A program made the position numbers and the translations under genes. From contig JAEOTA010000017.1 in assembly GCA_016840085.1 (NCBI GenBank), positions 34,411 to 98,410 of the forward strand: a DNA stretch of 64,000 nt, read 5' to 3'. The notes below the pieces were generated by a model that had not been told where the DNA came from, did no database searches, and saw only the letters and a program-made list of their open reading frames with translations. The stretch's first letter is position 1. Every line of letters begins with the position of its first letter. Source of the stretch: Promethearchaeota archaeon. GTDB lineage: Archaea > Asgardarchaeota > Lokiarchaeia > Sigyniarchaeales > SOKP01. This document shows positions 31,801-40,902 of this stretch, in pieces.

Positions 31801-33676
31801 AAAAGAGTGGTTTATGGACAAAATTAATCTTACGCAATATATTGGGTATTTTGTGCAATTTAGGTTCGAGACTTCTTTAGATAATGATTTTGATCCTGTA
31901 AATTATAAAGGTTTTATGTTAGATTTTTTTTCATTGATAAACTATACTAATGAAAATACTCCTCAAATCGAATTTAATATAGATAAAGATTTATCATCAA
32001 CTCAGGGCTTTTATTTCCAAAAATTCAGTTTTTCTTGTAGCTATTATGATTTAGAGAATAATTATCCTGAATATGTCTATTTAGAGATGGATGGTATAAA
32101 CTATACAATGTATAATAATCATGGTGATTGGAATGCCAGTATTGGAGATAGTGGTATTTTGTTTACCAGATCACTAGTATTAGGAGATATCTCAAACCAT
32201 TCATTTAGGTTTCATGTTTTCGATGGTGTATATATCACTGAAACACAATTATATAATGAAAATAATTCTTTATTTAAATTTATAGAACCTGAGCCTTTAC
32301 AATTTAATATATTAAAAGATAATAAATTAATTGGATATAATTTCTCTAATTATTCTTTAACGGATTATTATGTATCAGGAACACCATTGCAAAAAGAATT
32401 AACAACTTGGTTTAGAGGCGATAATACGTGGCATCCAATAACCCGTTTGCAACAACAAATGCTATATGGTGGGTTGGGTAATAGTTATGGAAGTAGTGAT
32501 CAAGGTTATGAGACAAATTGGGATACAAGCTTAATTACGTATCCCTTGCATTTAAATGGTGAATATAAAGTCTATTTTGAATTTAATCATGAAATCACAC
32601 TGCAAAATGAGTACTATCTACTAGAGGATCAATTGGATAAGTGTAATATATCAATATCAAGGGATTTTGGAATTAGTTGGACTTTGCTCAAAGAATATAT
32701 TTATAATAGTGATTCTCTGTCTGGAAAAGAAAAAATTGACCTTTCTCAATATTCTGGCGAAGATATTATGATTATGTTTACACTCAATACGAATAATATT
32801 GTAGTAGGATTAGGATATGGCTGGTTATTATATAATATTTATATAGGTTATGATGAATCAACAGATTTTATTGCTCCTGAAATAAGTATAATAAATCCGA
32901 TAAATGATACAACTATTAAATCAAAAGTTTTAATCGAAGCACAAATAGAGGATAATGTTGAATTAGATGAGTCTAAAATATATATTTATATTAATGAGAG
33001 GAGTATTGATAGAAAGAAATTAACTTATAATAGTAATACAAGTCTTTTAGAGTTTAAATGGGATACAACTCGATATAATGATGGAATATATGAGATAAAA
33101 GTTGTAGCATGTGATAAAGAAGGTAATATAGCAGAAAGTTATATAATTGTAAAAGTTGATAACATACAATGGTGGAAAGCATGGGGGCCATATATTATTT
33201 TAAGTATTAGCGTTGTTATTGTGGGATTAATTATCTATAAAATATCTGAGAAAAAAGGAAAGATATGGATTGAAAAAATAAGAAATACTCGTGTTGAAAA
33301 GATAAGAATTAAAGATATAGATAAAGATCAAGTGATTAAAAGAATAGAGCTTGTGGAATATGAAGAAGAACTAAAAAGACCTATTACCTTGTATTGTAAA
33401 CATTGTAAGTCTTGGTTTGCAGCCGAAAAATTTGATATAATCTGTCCCGTTTGTGAGCATGATCAAATTTATGCCGCATATTTGTGTGAGAACTGTGGAA
33501 AATGGTTCTATAAAAATGAACCAGGAGAAAATTATTATTGTAAAAACAAAACCTGCGAAGGAGTGAGATTAATTAGGAGGGAAAAAGAAGAAATTCAAAA
33601 ACTTTTAGCTGAAGAAGGAAAAGTTTTAAGAAAATTTGATAGAGAAAAAAAAAGATTTAGTATTTTAGATTTATAA
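28847..33676 (+). CDS. Membrane-anchored S8 (subtilisin-like) serine protease with a multidomain ectodomain and cytoplasmic zinc ribbons
   Basis: I9-like prodomain; AVLDTG, NGHGT, AAGNSG, YGTSIAT; KPDIVAPG; Ig-like WDTT..DGIYEIKVVACD; TM helix; CKHC, CPVC, CENC, CKNKTC. Confidence 0.9.
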   Translation: MIKRKIKIIFLFLSILLSYLCFSIIYLDSSFSSAEILNNDLNDVNLKFSDDSQENVIVFFNSSFYDPNVISDFESYGGFVKVEWKNVFSSFSGFAGNIPEENISTFQNNYPEATIETDEILETQMNYASIQTGGFNSTWYLEGFKGNNNCSIAVLDTGINPTHDFFPNGYIPSDLNGSIVGWENFVNSQSIYDDNGHGTFISSVISGTGTDSYDSNDHSKVKIQENYTHTELFEDYSPSKNYSLKIFTFNASKSNSNTLINSSWNCKTGGIDDFWFELYYDNGLVNYSNNKVQNKYFFINHTFTPDKLGIYDLYLKYHKQLQSDPSFSFNVTISYYPEFYIENYTHFTGIANGSKIVAYKILNHSGIGYSSDLISALISISLNRSKYHIISACLSIGTIGDDVNAINTVINGVINNGTLIVIAAGNSGVEISDSLNKLAQNKNAIVVGAINDDDQVTSYSSMGKEFGNVLKPDIVAPGGSKIGGHRTITSSSLESDKVTSTYGTSIATAIVSAAVNILIEAKWDNWNQWDNLNLTQWVKYIKAVLLMTASETNLEREDDPSTSKDESIESPELSSAPLTFGIKDIHEGYGRLNIQAAIDALTKRMYVNISESSNLISSQENPLGPHVFSRQIKLTKNKQYLFNLTIAENDADFDVFLFSNESNQYGEPILLESSRKWYDNFNYFYFTPKENQTDCIITVKAVEGNSIFTLNVSPVENKCKPELKVPEIEYFGGSKNTTIMSEQEFMGNNPQKNYSIDSYRFYIEYYDNDTTNVPPQEIYVVILGISKNYTLYQPDYNFTFPPDNNFTDGALFISDYIQFPHTRIYQYYFIGSDGKNRTRFPNTGFLNISIEFPTDSIQFPHYHSFNEGLDNWGYTGTGWGLLQQSNINDDRSIIYQDSWNSIYFGIYHDYPTNYTYQPIKLTEDPFPNGTLTSPLFNLTKLNENTTQPFANFGLRTSINDGDLIFLQINLNWTGWFPIRTYTNEEKEWFMDKINLTQYIGYFVQFRFETSLDNDFDPVNYKGFMLDFFSLINYTNENTPQIEFNIDKDLSSTQGFYFQKFSFSCSYYDLENNYPEYVYLEMDGINYTMYNNHGDWNASIGDSGILFTRSLVLGDISNHSFRFHVFDGVYITETQLYNENNSLFKFIEPEPLQFNILKDNKLIGYNFSNYSLTDYYVSGTPLQKELTTWFRGDNTWHPITRLQQQMLYGGLGNSYGSSDQGYETNWDTSLITYPLHLNGEYKVYFEFNHEITLQNEYYLLEDQLDKCNISISRDFGISWTLLKEYIYNSDSLSGKEKIDLSQYSGEDIMIMFTLNTNNIVVGLGYGWLLYNIYIGYDESTDFIAPEISIINPINDTTIKSKVLIEAQIEDNVELDESKIYIYINERSIDRKKLTYNSNTSLLEFKWDTTRYNDGIYEIKVVACDKEGNIAESYIIVKVDNIQWWKAWGPYIILSISVVIVGLIIYKISEKKGKIWIEKIRNTRVEKIRIKDIDKDQVIKRIELVEYEEELKRPITLYCKHCKSWFAAEKFDIICPVCEHDQIYAAYLCENCGKWFYKNEPGENYYCKNKTCEGVRLIRREKEEIQKLLAEEGKVLRKFDREKKRFSILDL

Positions 33677-33709
33677 TAAAAAATGTTATCTTCATAAAGT
33701 GAGTAAAGC

Positions 33710-36682
33710 ATGGATTTAAGAAGGGTTTTATACAGATTCAAAAAACGATTAAATTTGCAATTCCTCAAGCATTCTTGGCTTGATCTCAAACGTGATAAAG
33801 GAAAAGCAATATTTGGCATTTCTGGTATTGCTATTTCATTGTTTTTACTCACTACAATCGGAACACTAAATGATACTGTAAATTATAATTATTTATTATA
33901 TACAACGTCAACAACCGGTCAAGCTGATATAATGATCACAAGAACAATTCAAACAGATTTAACATTTGATCCTTTTTTTGATGAAGATTTGATAAATAAT
34001 GAATTAAAGGATATTGAGGGAATAAACGAATTATTTCCTCGAATACTAATGCTTGTGGAGGTTTCTTCTGATAATGGAAATTCAAGTAGTTCTTTAGAAC
34101 TATATGGATTTAACTTTGAGAAAGAGGCGAGTAATGGGAATATAGGGGATTTAATTATTGTTAATGAAAATGGAGAAGAAACAAATGAAATTTACAATAA
34201 TATACCTAAAGAAGGGGAATGTGTGATATTGTGGAATGTTGCTGAGATATTAAACATTACAAGAGGAGATACCATCTATTTAGAATACCAAACTTATGAA
34301 TTAAATTTAATAGTCGCAGAAATTTGTATTCAAAATTTAAAATTCATGCAATTCGAAAATACATTAATACTTGTTAATTTAGAACAAGTTCAATCATTTT
34401 TTCAACGGGAAGAACAAATAAATCTTATTGTTGGCACTATTAACAATCCTAAATCTATCTATGATGCCAGTGATTTGAAAAAAACAACACGAAAATTAAG
34501 AAAGATTAGTGCAAGGGTTCAGGATCGATTAGATCTTAATGAGTTTTCTGTTAATTTACCTAAATTAGAAGAACTTGAAGCAGGACAATTCACATTAATG
34601 ACAGTAAGTATAATTTTTTGGGTGATTACAATTCTTTCCATGCTTATTACAGCTATTTTAATAAATAGCATCCTATCCACATCTGCTGAAGAAAGAGTGA
34701 GGGAGTTCGGAATCACTAGAGTTGTTGGGAGTAAAAAATCATATCCTATGAAAATAGTTCTTTTTGAAGGCTTAATGATGGGATCAATAGGTGCAATCAT
34801 AGGTATGGTTCTTGGAGTCTCTTTTATTCAACTAATTGCTCAAAACCTATTTGATTTATATAATTTTGAATTTGAATTCGCAGAAGTTAAATGGGTAACT
34901 AAACCACAAACTCTAATAATGACATTTTCAATTGGTGCTGTGGTTTCATTAGTAGTTGCTTTATTACCTGCTTTAAAAACAAGAAGGATTAATTTGATTA
35001 AAGCAATTACACCGTTTCAAACAAAGGAGGAGGGATGGGAAGTTAAAAAAGAAGGAAGTATGAACATTAAAAGTTTTATGGTGGGTATCGCAGTAGCCAC
35101 TATAGGTATGATTGTTTTTATATTATTACCAAATATTTTTGTAACAGGGGATTTTATGTTGATAATGGCTCTTTTTGTAGGATTGATTGCGGCTATATTA
35201 ATTGGATTAGTTTTTGCATCTGTTGGAATCGTTCCACTAATCCAAAAGTTATTTTTGGGAGCCATTTCACCTGCAATAAAGAAATATAGTAACATTATAA
35301 ACATTTCTCTAAAAAGATATAGAAGACGCAATACAAGTACAGTTGTAATGTTTGCAATAAGCTTTTCTTTCATTTTTTTTATTACAAGTGTATCAGAAAT
35401 GGAATCTGAAAATATGGCTTTAAATTTGGAATTTCAATATGGAGCAGATTTGGTTTTAATGAATCAAGAATTATCCAATGAAGAATATGCTTTAACACGT
35501 GAAATAGTTGAAAATCTTAAGGATTTATCAGGAATAGAAAAAATTGCAATTTCTCTTCATAATACATTTGATTTGCAAGCTACATTATCCGCTATATTCG
35601 ATGTATCTGAAGGACAGGCCACTTTTGGTGGGGGAGGATCAGAAGAAGCGATGATGGATTTATTTCAATTCTATGCCGCACAAGAAGAATTAAAATTTCA
35701 AACAACAGCAGGAGATTTAATGGATTTTGATAAGGTTGATGCAGGTTTTATCGGGATTAATGAAGATTTTGTTGATTTAATTGATAAAAATTTAATAATT
35801 TGGAAAAGTGAAGGAAGCAGCACTAGCTATTCTTTTAACCAATTATTTACTCATAATGATACTTGTATTGTTGCTAAGTCTATCGCCAGTTTAATTGGTG
35901 TTCACGATGTAGGGCAAAAAATCCGTATAACTTTTTATGATCCCATAGATCCAAATGATAGAGGAACTCCCTATAATTTAACGGTTGTAGGAATCTCTGG
36001 AGGCATTCCTGGTTTCTTCAACTTTAGAACTAATGAAATGTCTGCCAGTGGTGGCGGAGTCATGGTTTCATTAGAAAATTATATGAGATTAATGAAAGTT
36101 GAAAATCCAGGAGAACCTAATATGATTGTAGATAAAGCGTTTATAAATTTAATAGATAAAACTGAAGATAATATTAAAGAAACAAAGGAAGATATTAAAT
36201 TGATATATCAAGATAAAGATTTCATTATTGATGATGCAATCTCAAAAATCAATTTCATGGAAGCAATGACTGAAAGACAAGCATTCTTGATGGAATTAAT
36301 TTTAACCTTTACAATAATAATCAGCATTTTTGGTTTAGTTAGTAGTATGTACGCAATAATGTTAGAAAGAAAATTTGAAATAGGAATAATTCGTGCTATA
36401 GGCTTAAAAACTCGGAATGTGCGTAATATGTTTTTAATAGAAAGTATGATCATCCTAATAGGATCGGGTATAATGGGCACAATTATTGGAACGTATACTG
36501 CGTACCTCCTAGAGACAAATATGGGCCTTATGACTGAAATGCCAGTTATTTTTTCTATTCCAATGGAAACATTACTCAGAGTTTTTATCATCTCAATTTC
36601 TGTGGGAATTTTAGGAACATATATTATTCTTATAAAACTCAGTAGGGAAACTATCATGGACATTTTCCGCCAGACATTTTAA
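33710..36682 (+). CDS. Fused double FtsX/MacB-type ABC permease (second paralog)
   Basis: ERVREFGITRVVG and ERKFEIGIIRAIG motifs; colinear similarity with 21885-24899. Confidence 0.9.
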   Translation: MDLRRVLYRFKKRLNLQFLKHSWLDLKRDKGKAIFGISGIAISLFLLTTIGTLNDTVNYNYLLYTTSTTGQADIMITRTIQTDLTFDPFFDEDLINNELKDIEGINELFPRILMLVEVSSDNGNSSSSLELYGFNFEKEASNGNIGDLIIVNENGEETNEIYNNIPKEGECVILWNVAEILNITRGDTIYLEYQTYELNLIVAEICIQNLKFMQFENTLILVNLEQVQSFFQREEQINLIVGTINNPKSIYDASDLKKTTRKLRKISARVQDRLDLNEFSVNLPKLEELEAGQFTLMTVSIIFWVITILSMLITAILINSILSTSAEERVREFGITRVVGSKKSYPMKIVLFEGLMMGSIGAIIGMVLGVSFIQLIAQNLFDLYNFEFEFAEVKWVTKPQTLIMTFSIGAVVSLVVALLPALKTRRINLIKAITPFQTKEEGWEVKKEGSMNIKSFMVGIAVATIGMIVFILLPNIFVTGDFMLIMALFVGLIAAILIGLVFASVGIVPLIQKLFLGAISPAIKKYSNIINISLKRYRRRNTSTVVMFAISFSFIFFITSVSEMESENMALNLEFQYGADLVLMNQELSNEEYALTREIVENLKDLSGIEKIAISLHNTFDLQATLSAIFDVSEGQATFGGGGSEEAMMDLFQFYAAQEELKFQTTAGDLMDFDKVDAGFIGINEDFVDLIDKNLIIWKSEGSSTSYSFNQLFTHNDTCIVAKSIASLIGVHDVGQKIRITFYDPIDPNDRGTPYNLTVVGISGGIPGFFNFRTNEMSASGGGVMVSLENYMRLMKVENPGEPNMIVDKAFINLIDKTEDNIKETKEDIKLIYQDKDFIIDDAISKINFMEAMTERQAFLMELILTFTIIISIFGLVSSMYAIMLERKFEIGIIRAIGLKTRNVRNMFLIESMIILIGSGIMGTIIGTYTAYLLETNMGLMTEMPVIFSIPMETLLRVFIISISVGILGTYIILIKLSRETIMDIFRQTF

Positions 36683-36986
36683 CTCTACTTTCTCCTATTT
36701 GTATTTCACATAATTTAAAAAATAAATTGTTTTTTATTGGGAAAAAAATAGTAAATTTATATTTAATGAGCATCTAGGTTATCAATTTTCTTAAAATCGT
36801 TAAAGAATAATATCAAATTTTATTAATAATTGTTTACATGAAGTTTGAATCTATCTGCCTTTACAATTAATAGGTGAAAATTTAGTTGATGTAGGAGGTT
36901 ATTTACTTTTAGCAGGAGGAGATATAAGACATAATTCCGTTTGGAATATTTATACAATAATCAAATAAGGTTAAAAATAGTAAGGT

Positions 36987-37571
36987 TTAAATGTTATCTT
37001 TTAAGAAATTTATCATTTTTTTTACTGCTTGACCTCGATGGGAAATCTTATTTTTCTCTTCTGTAGTTAGCTCAGCAAATGTTTTTTTGTTTTTATCAGG
37101 TATAAAAATGGGATCAAAACCGAATCCTCCCTTACCTTTAATACTTTTAGAAACTTTCCCTTTTATATCACCTTCAAATAAAAATATTTTGTCTAGCGGT
37201 TTATAATATAAACAAGTAATGGCTGAGAAATGAGCCCTTGATTTATCATAATCATTAATTAATTTTAATATCCCTTCATTACCTATTGTTTTTAAAACAT
37301 AAGAAGAATAAACACCAGGAAAACCTTTAAGAGGAGAATCTACAAAAAATCCAGCATCTTCAACAAAAAAGGAGCTTTCAATCTTTTCTTTCACACTATT
37401 TAACTTAAATAAAGCAACCTCTTTGATAGAATTTGCTTGAATTTCAATAGCTTTAGTATCTATCTGATTTAAAGTATAATTTACTTTTTCTTGTTTAAAG
37501 AGATTTGATACTTCATTGTATTTATGCATATTTCCAGTTACAAAATAAATGATATTTTGATCTTTACTCAT
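36987..37571 (-). CDS. rdgB: XTP/dITP diphosphatase (HAM1/RdgB family)
   Basis: TGNMHK, EDAG, FPGVYS, GFGFDPIF, KNKISHRG. Confidence 0.95.
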   Translation of the reverse strand: MSKDQNIIYFVTGNMHKYNEVSNLFKQEKVNYTLNQIDTKAIEIQANSIKEVALFKLNSVKEKIESSFFVEDAGFFVDSPLKGFPGVYSSYVLKTIGNEGILKLINDYDKSRAHFSAITCLYYKPLDKIFLFEGDIKGKVSKSIKGKGGFGFDPIFIPDKNKKTFAELTTEEKNKISHRGQAVKKMINFLKDNI

Positions 37572-37729
37572 AATTACTATAAGAGCTTAAGATTTATTTA
37601 GATATTCAAGTTTAAAGGAGATGGAATAAGCTGTATGAATTAACTTTCCAAAAGTTTATTTTGTATATTTCTTTATTTACTTTATATCATTTCTTATAAG
37701 AACTGCAAAATCGAAGGAAGAAAACAAAA

Positions 37730-38188
37730 ATGGCTCGGATGCATTCTAGAAAGCGTGGAAGATCGGGTAGTACTCGCCCTGGGCGCCTTGAGAAGCCTTT
37801 TTGGGTGGAACTCTCATCTGATGAGGTTGAGAGTGAAGTTATTAAGTTAGCTCGAAGAGGACATTCGAAATCAATGATAGGAACAATTATGAGAGACTCT
37901 CGAGGAGTACCTCTAGTTAAAATTGTAACAGGCAAAAAGGTTAGTCATATACTTACAGAGAATGAAATTGAAACCCCACTTCCGGAAGACCTCTCAAATT
38001 TAGTACGAAAAGCGTTGAATATTAGAAAACATCTTGAGACTAATCATAAGGATTTAGAATCTAGTAAAGGCTTAAACAGGACTGAATCGAAAATCTATCG
38101 ATTGATAAAGTATTATAAAAGAAAGAAAGTATTAGCTCAAGACTTTAAGTATGATCCCGAGAAGATAAGAACATTGATAGCAAGATAG
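37730..38188 (+). CDS. rps15: Ribosomal protein uS15 (archaeal S15/S13e)
   Basis: MARMHSRKRGRSGS, LPEDL, ESKIYRLIKYYK. Confidence 0.97.
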   Translation: MARMHSRKRGRSGSTRPGRLEKPFWVELSSDEVESEVIKLARRGHSKSMIGTIMRDSRGVPLVKIVTGKKVSHILTENEIETPLPEDLSNLVRKALNIRKHLETNHKDLESSKGLNRTESKIYRLIKYYKRKKVLAQDFKYDPEKIRTLIAR

Positions 38189-38202
38189 AGGGAGGATTTA
38201 AA

Positions 38203-38991
38203 ATGAGTTCAAGAGCAAGGAAAAAGAAAACAAAAGTAAAAAAAATCTCATTCAAAGACAAGCATTGGTATAATGTAATTACCCCTAAGATCTTTAACTT
38301 TAAATCCATTGGCGAAATTATAGGTTTGGAAGATACTTTAATTGGAAGAACTGTGGAAACTTTATTATTTGACTTTACAAATAAATATAGTGATATTAGC
38401 CTTAAACTTAGGTTCCAAATAACAGATATTAATGAAGAGGCAAAAAAGTGTAATACTGTCTTTCAGGGACATGCTTATACGAATGATTATATAAGATCTT
38501 TGATAGGAAGAGGCAGTTCTAAAATCCAGACAATAATTAATCTTACGACTAAAGATAAATATATATTTCGTGTAACTACAATTTGCACTACTATTAAAAA
38601 AGCACGAAGTTCCCAAATTGTTTTAATTAGGAAAATCATAAGAGAGATTTTACAGGAGTTTGCTAAATCATTAAACCACGAAAAATTTATAGGAGGTATT
38701 ATTTTTGGAGAGTTCCAAAACCAAATCCTACGTGTAGCAAAAACCATATATCCTTTATCAAATTGCGTAATAGTTAAAAGTAAACTTATTTCAATACCTG
38801 AGGGAGGAGAAGATAAAGAAATTCCAGATGACCAATTTGAAATTGTTGAAATTGATATTAAGAGATCTCGAAAATCAGAAATAAGAAGATCTGAACGTAT
38901 TAATGTCAAGAAACTCGCACAAACTAAATATAAAGCAAAAAAAACTGAAGACATTTCAGAAAAAGAAAGTGAATCCGAAGAATTAGATTAA
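38203..38991 (+). CDS. rps3ae: Ribosomal protein eS1 (S3Ae)
   Basis: KDKHWYNVITP, LIGRTVE, DYIRSLIGRGSSKI, IYPL. Confidence 0.95.
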   Translation: MSSRARKKKTKVKKISFKDKHWYNVITPKIFNFKSIGEIIGLEDTLIGRTVETLLFDFTNKYSDISLKLRFQITDINEEAKKCNTVFQGHAYTNDYIRSLIGRGSSKIQTIINLTTKDKYIFRVTTICTTIKKARSSQIVLIRKIIREILQEFAKSLNHEKFIGGIIFGEFQNQILRVAKTIYPLSNCVIVKSKLISIPEGGEDKEIPDDQFEIVEIDIKRSRKSEIRRSERINVKKLAQTKYKAKKTEDISEKESESEELD

Positions 38992-39129
38992 AATAATCCT
39001 AAATAAAAGCTCTTTTTTATCAATTTATTTAGAGTTAAACTAATTTATTTACTTAAAACTTTTAAATTAATATTAACTGTTATTTGTGAAAGTTTTTTAT
39101 AGTAAATTGAAATTATTAAAACTAGAATT

Positions 39130-40893
39130 ATGTCAACTCAAGAAGGAAATCGAAATAATCTATATTCTTTTGATGATTTTTTATTTGTTAGAAATCATTT
39201 TAATTATTATTGTGATGATGATTTCTTTCAAGCATTAGTCAAGAAGTTCACTGGAGACGAATTTGAGAAGATAGATAGGGATCTTCGAGCACTTTCTGAT
39301 TATGTATCTTTTAGATTTAGAGATCTTGCGGATAAAGCAAATGAACTTGAAAATAGAATAAAAGTTACTAAAGTAAAACATTATGATGCTCACAATCACC
39401 GTATTGATCGAATAGAACGTTGCTTAGAAACTGAAATCCTTGAACGCGAAATTTTCAGTCTTGGTCTCTTTGACCAAGCGCGTAATACCCCATGGAGTAG
39501 GTTTACAAAGATGTTTTTACTTTATCAAAATGGTGAGGCTGGTGTGATGTGCCCTATTGCTTGTACTCACGGGATGGTTTGGTTGATGCAAAAATATGAG
39601 AAATCATTAGATTTTGAAGCTAAAAGTATCCTTAATTCTGTCAGAGATGGAGTTAATGGTGATTATAAGCTTGGAGCTCAATTTGTAAGTGAAATTCAAG
39701 GTGGGAGTGATGTTCCAGCAAATTTAGTTGAAGCTGTTTTCGAAAAGGAAAAGGGTTCTGACGGTTATTCAAATGTTTGGCGTCTTTATGGTCAAAAATT
39801 TTTTTGTTCCGCAATGCATTCAGATTATGCAGTAGTCACAGCAAAACCAAAAGGAAAAGAATCATCTACTAGAGTTGCAGCATTTGTAGTTCCTTCTTGG
39901 CTTCCTGGTAATAAAGATAATGAAATTAGAAACTCTTTCACTATTGATAGGTTAAAGCAAAAATTAGGAACTGCTGAATTACCAACAGCAGAAATAACTT
40001 ATAATGGAGCAGTAGCGTATCCTATAGGACCTCTTGAAAAAGGACTGGCAAACATTGTAGGAATCGTTCTTTCATTATCTAGACTTCATGTCGCTTTTGG
40101 AATGGCAGCAGGTGCCCTACGGGTCGCAAGAGAAGCAATGCTATATTCACAATTTCGAAATGCTTTTGGAATTCCAGTTTCTTCTTTCCCATTGATGATT
40201 AATCAGATTAATGATTTAGATCATTTTGCAAAAAGATCTGCTGCTGGAGCATTTAAAGTATATTCAGAATATATTCATTTTGGAGAAGATTTGATTAGTG
40301 GGATAAGAGATTTAGAAAATATTGAGAATCTCGAAGAACGTAAGAGACGCTTTAGATTACGTGAATTAGTTATGTTGCAGAAAATTGTAGTAGCAGATGA
40401 AGCTCCTGCTATGATAAGAAAAGCAATTTCATTCTTTGGAGGTCATGGAATTATGGAAGATTTCTTATCTTTTCCACGTTTGCATCGTGATTCATTAATT
40501 ATGGAGCTCTGGGAAGGCCCTCGGCTTGTTCTTTTAACACAAATCCATCGTGACTTTCAGAGAGTAAAAGAGTGGTATTCTCCTGAAGAATTCTGCCGGG
40601 ATTTGCTTGAAGGTGTTGATAAGGACACAATTGAAAATTATACCAATGAGTTTTCAAGAATTATATCTCATGATAGTCTTTTAAGAAATAATGAAGAAAC
40701 ATTAAGAATATGTAGAGATTGGGAAGAATTCTCCACAAAACTATTTATACAATACCAAAAACAAGCTCTTGAGGAATTAGATTTTCATGAAAAACCTTTA
40801 AAATTCTCAAAATTATTGCGTAAATTTAAAAAAAGTGAGTTATTAAAATCTGGAAGTACTAAAAAGGGGAATTCTATTGAAATTATAGAATAA
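39130..40893 (+). CDS. Acyl-CoA dehydrogenase family protein (AidB-like)
   Basis: CPIACT, SEIQGGSDV, GQKFFCS, LKQKLGT, GGHGIMED, WEG. Confidence 0.9.
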   Translation: MSTQEGNRNNLYSFDDFLFVRNHFNYYCDDDFFQALVKKFTGDEFEKIDRDLRALSDYVSFRFRDLADKANELENRIKVTKVKHYDAHNHRIDRIERCLETEILEREIFSLGLFDQARNTPWSRFTKMFLLYQNGEAGVMCPIACTHGMVWLMQKYEKSLDFEAKSILNSVRDGVNGDYKLGAQFVSEIQGGSDVPANLVEAVFEKEKGSDGYSNVWRLYGQKFFCSAMHSDYAVVTAKPKGKESSTRVAAFVVPSWLPGNKDNEIRNSFTIDRLKQKLGTAELPTAEITYNGAVAYPIGPLEKGLANIVGIVLSLSRLHVAFGMAAGALRVAREAMLYSQFRNAFGIPVSSFPLMINQINDLDHFAKRSAAGAFKVYSEYIHFGEDLISGIRDLENIENLEERKRRFRLRELVMLQKIVVADEAPAMIRKAISFFGGHGIMEDFLSFPRLHRDSLIMELWEGPRLVLLTQIHRDFQRVKEWYSPEEFCRDLLEGVDKDTIENYTNEFSRIISHDSLLRNNEETLRICRDWEEFSTKLFIQYQKQALEELDFHEKPLKFSKLLRKFKKSELLKSGSTKKGNSIEIIE

Positions 40894-40902
40894 ATGTTTT
40901 AT

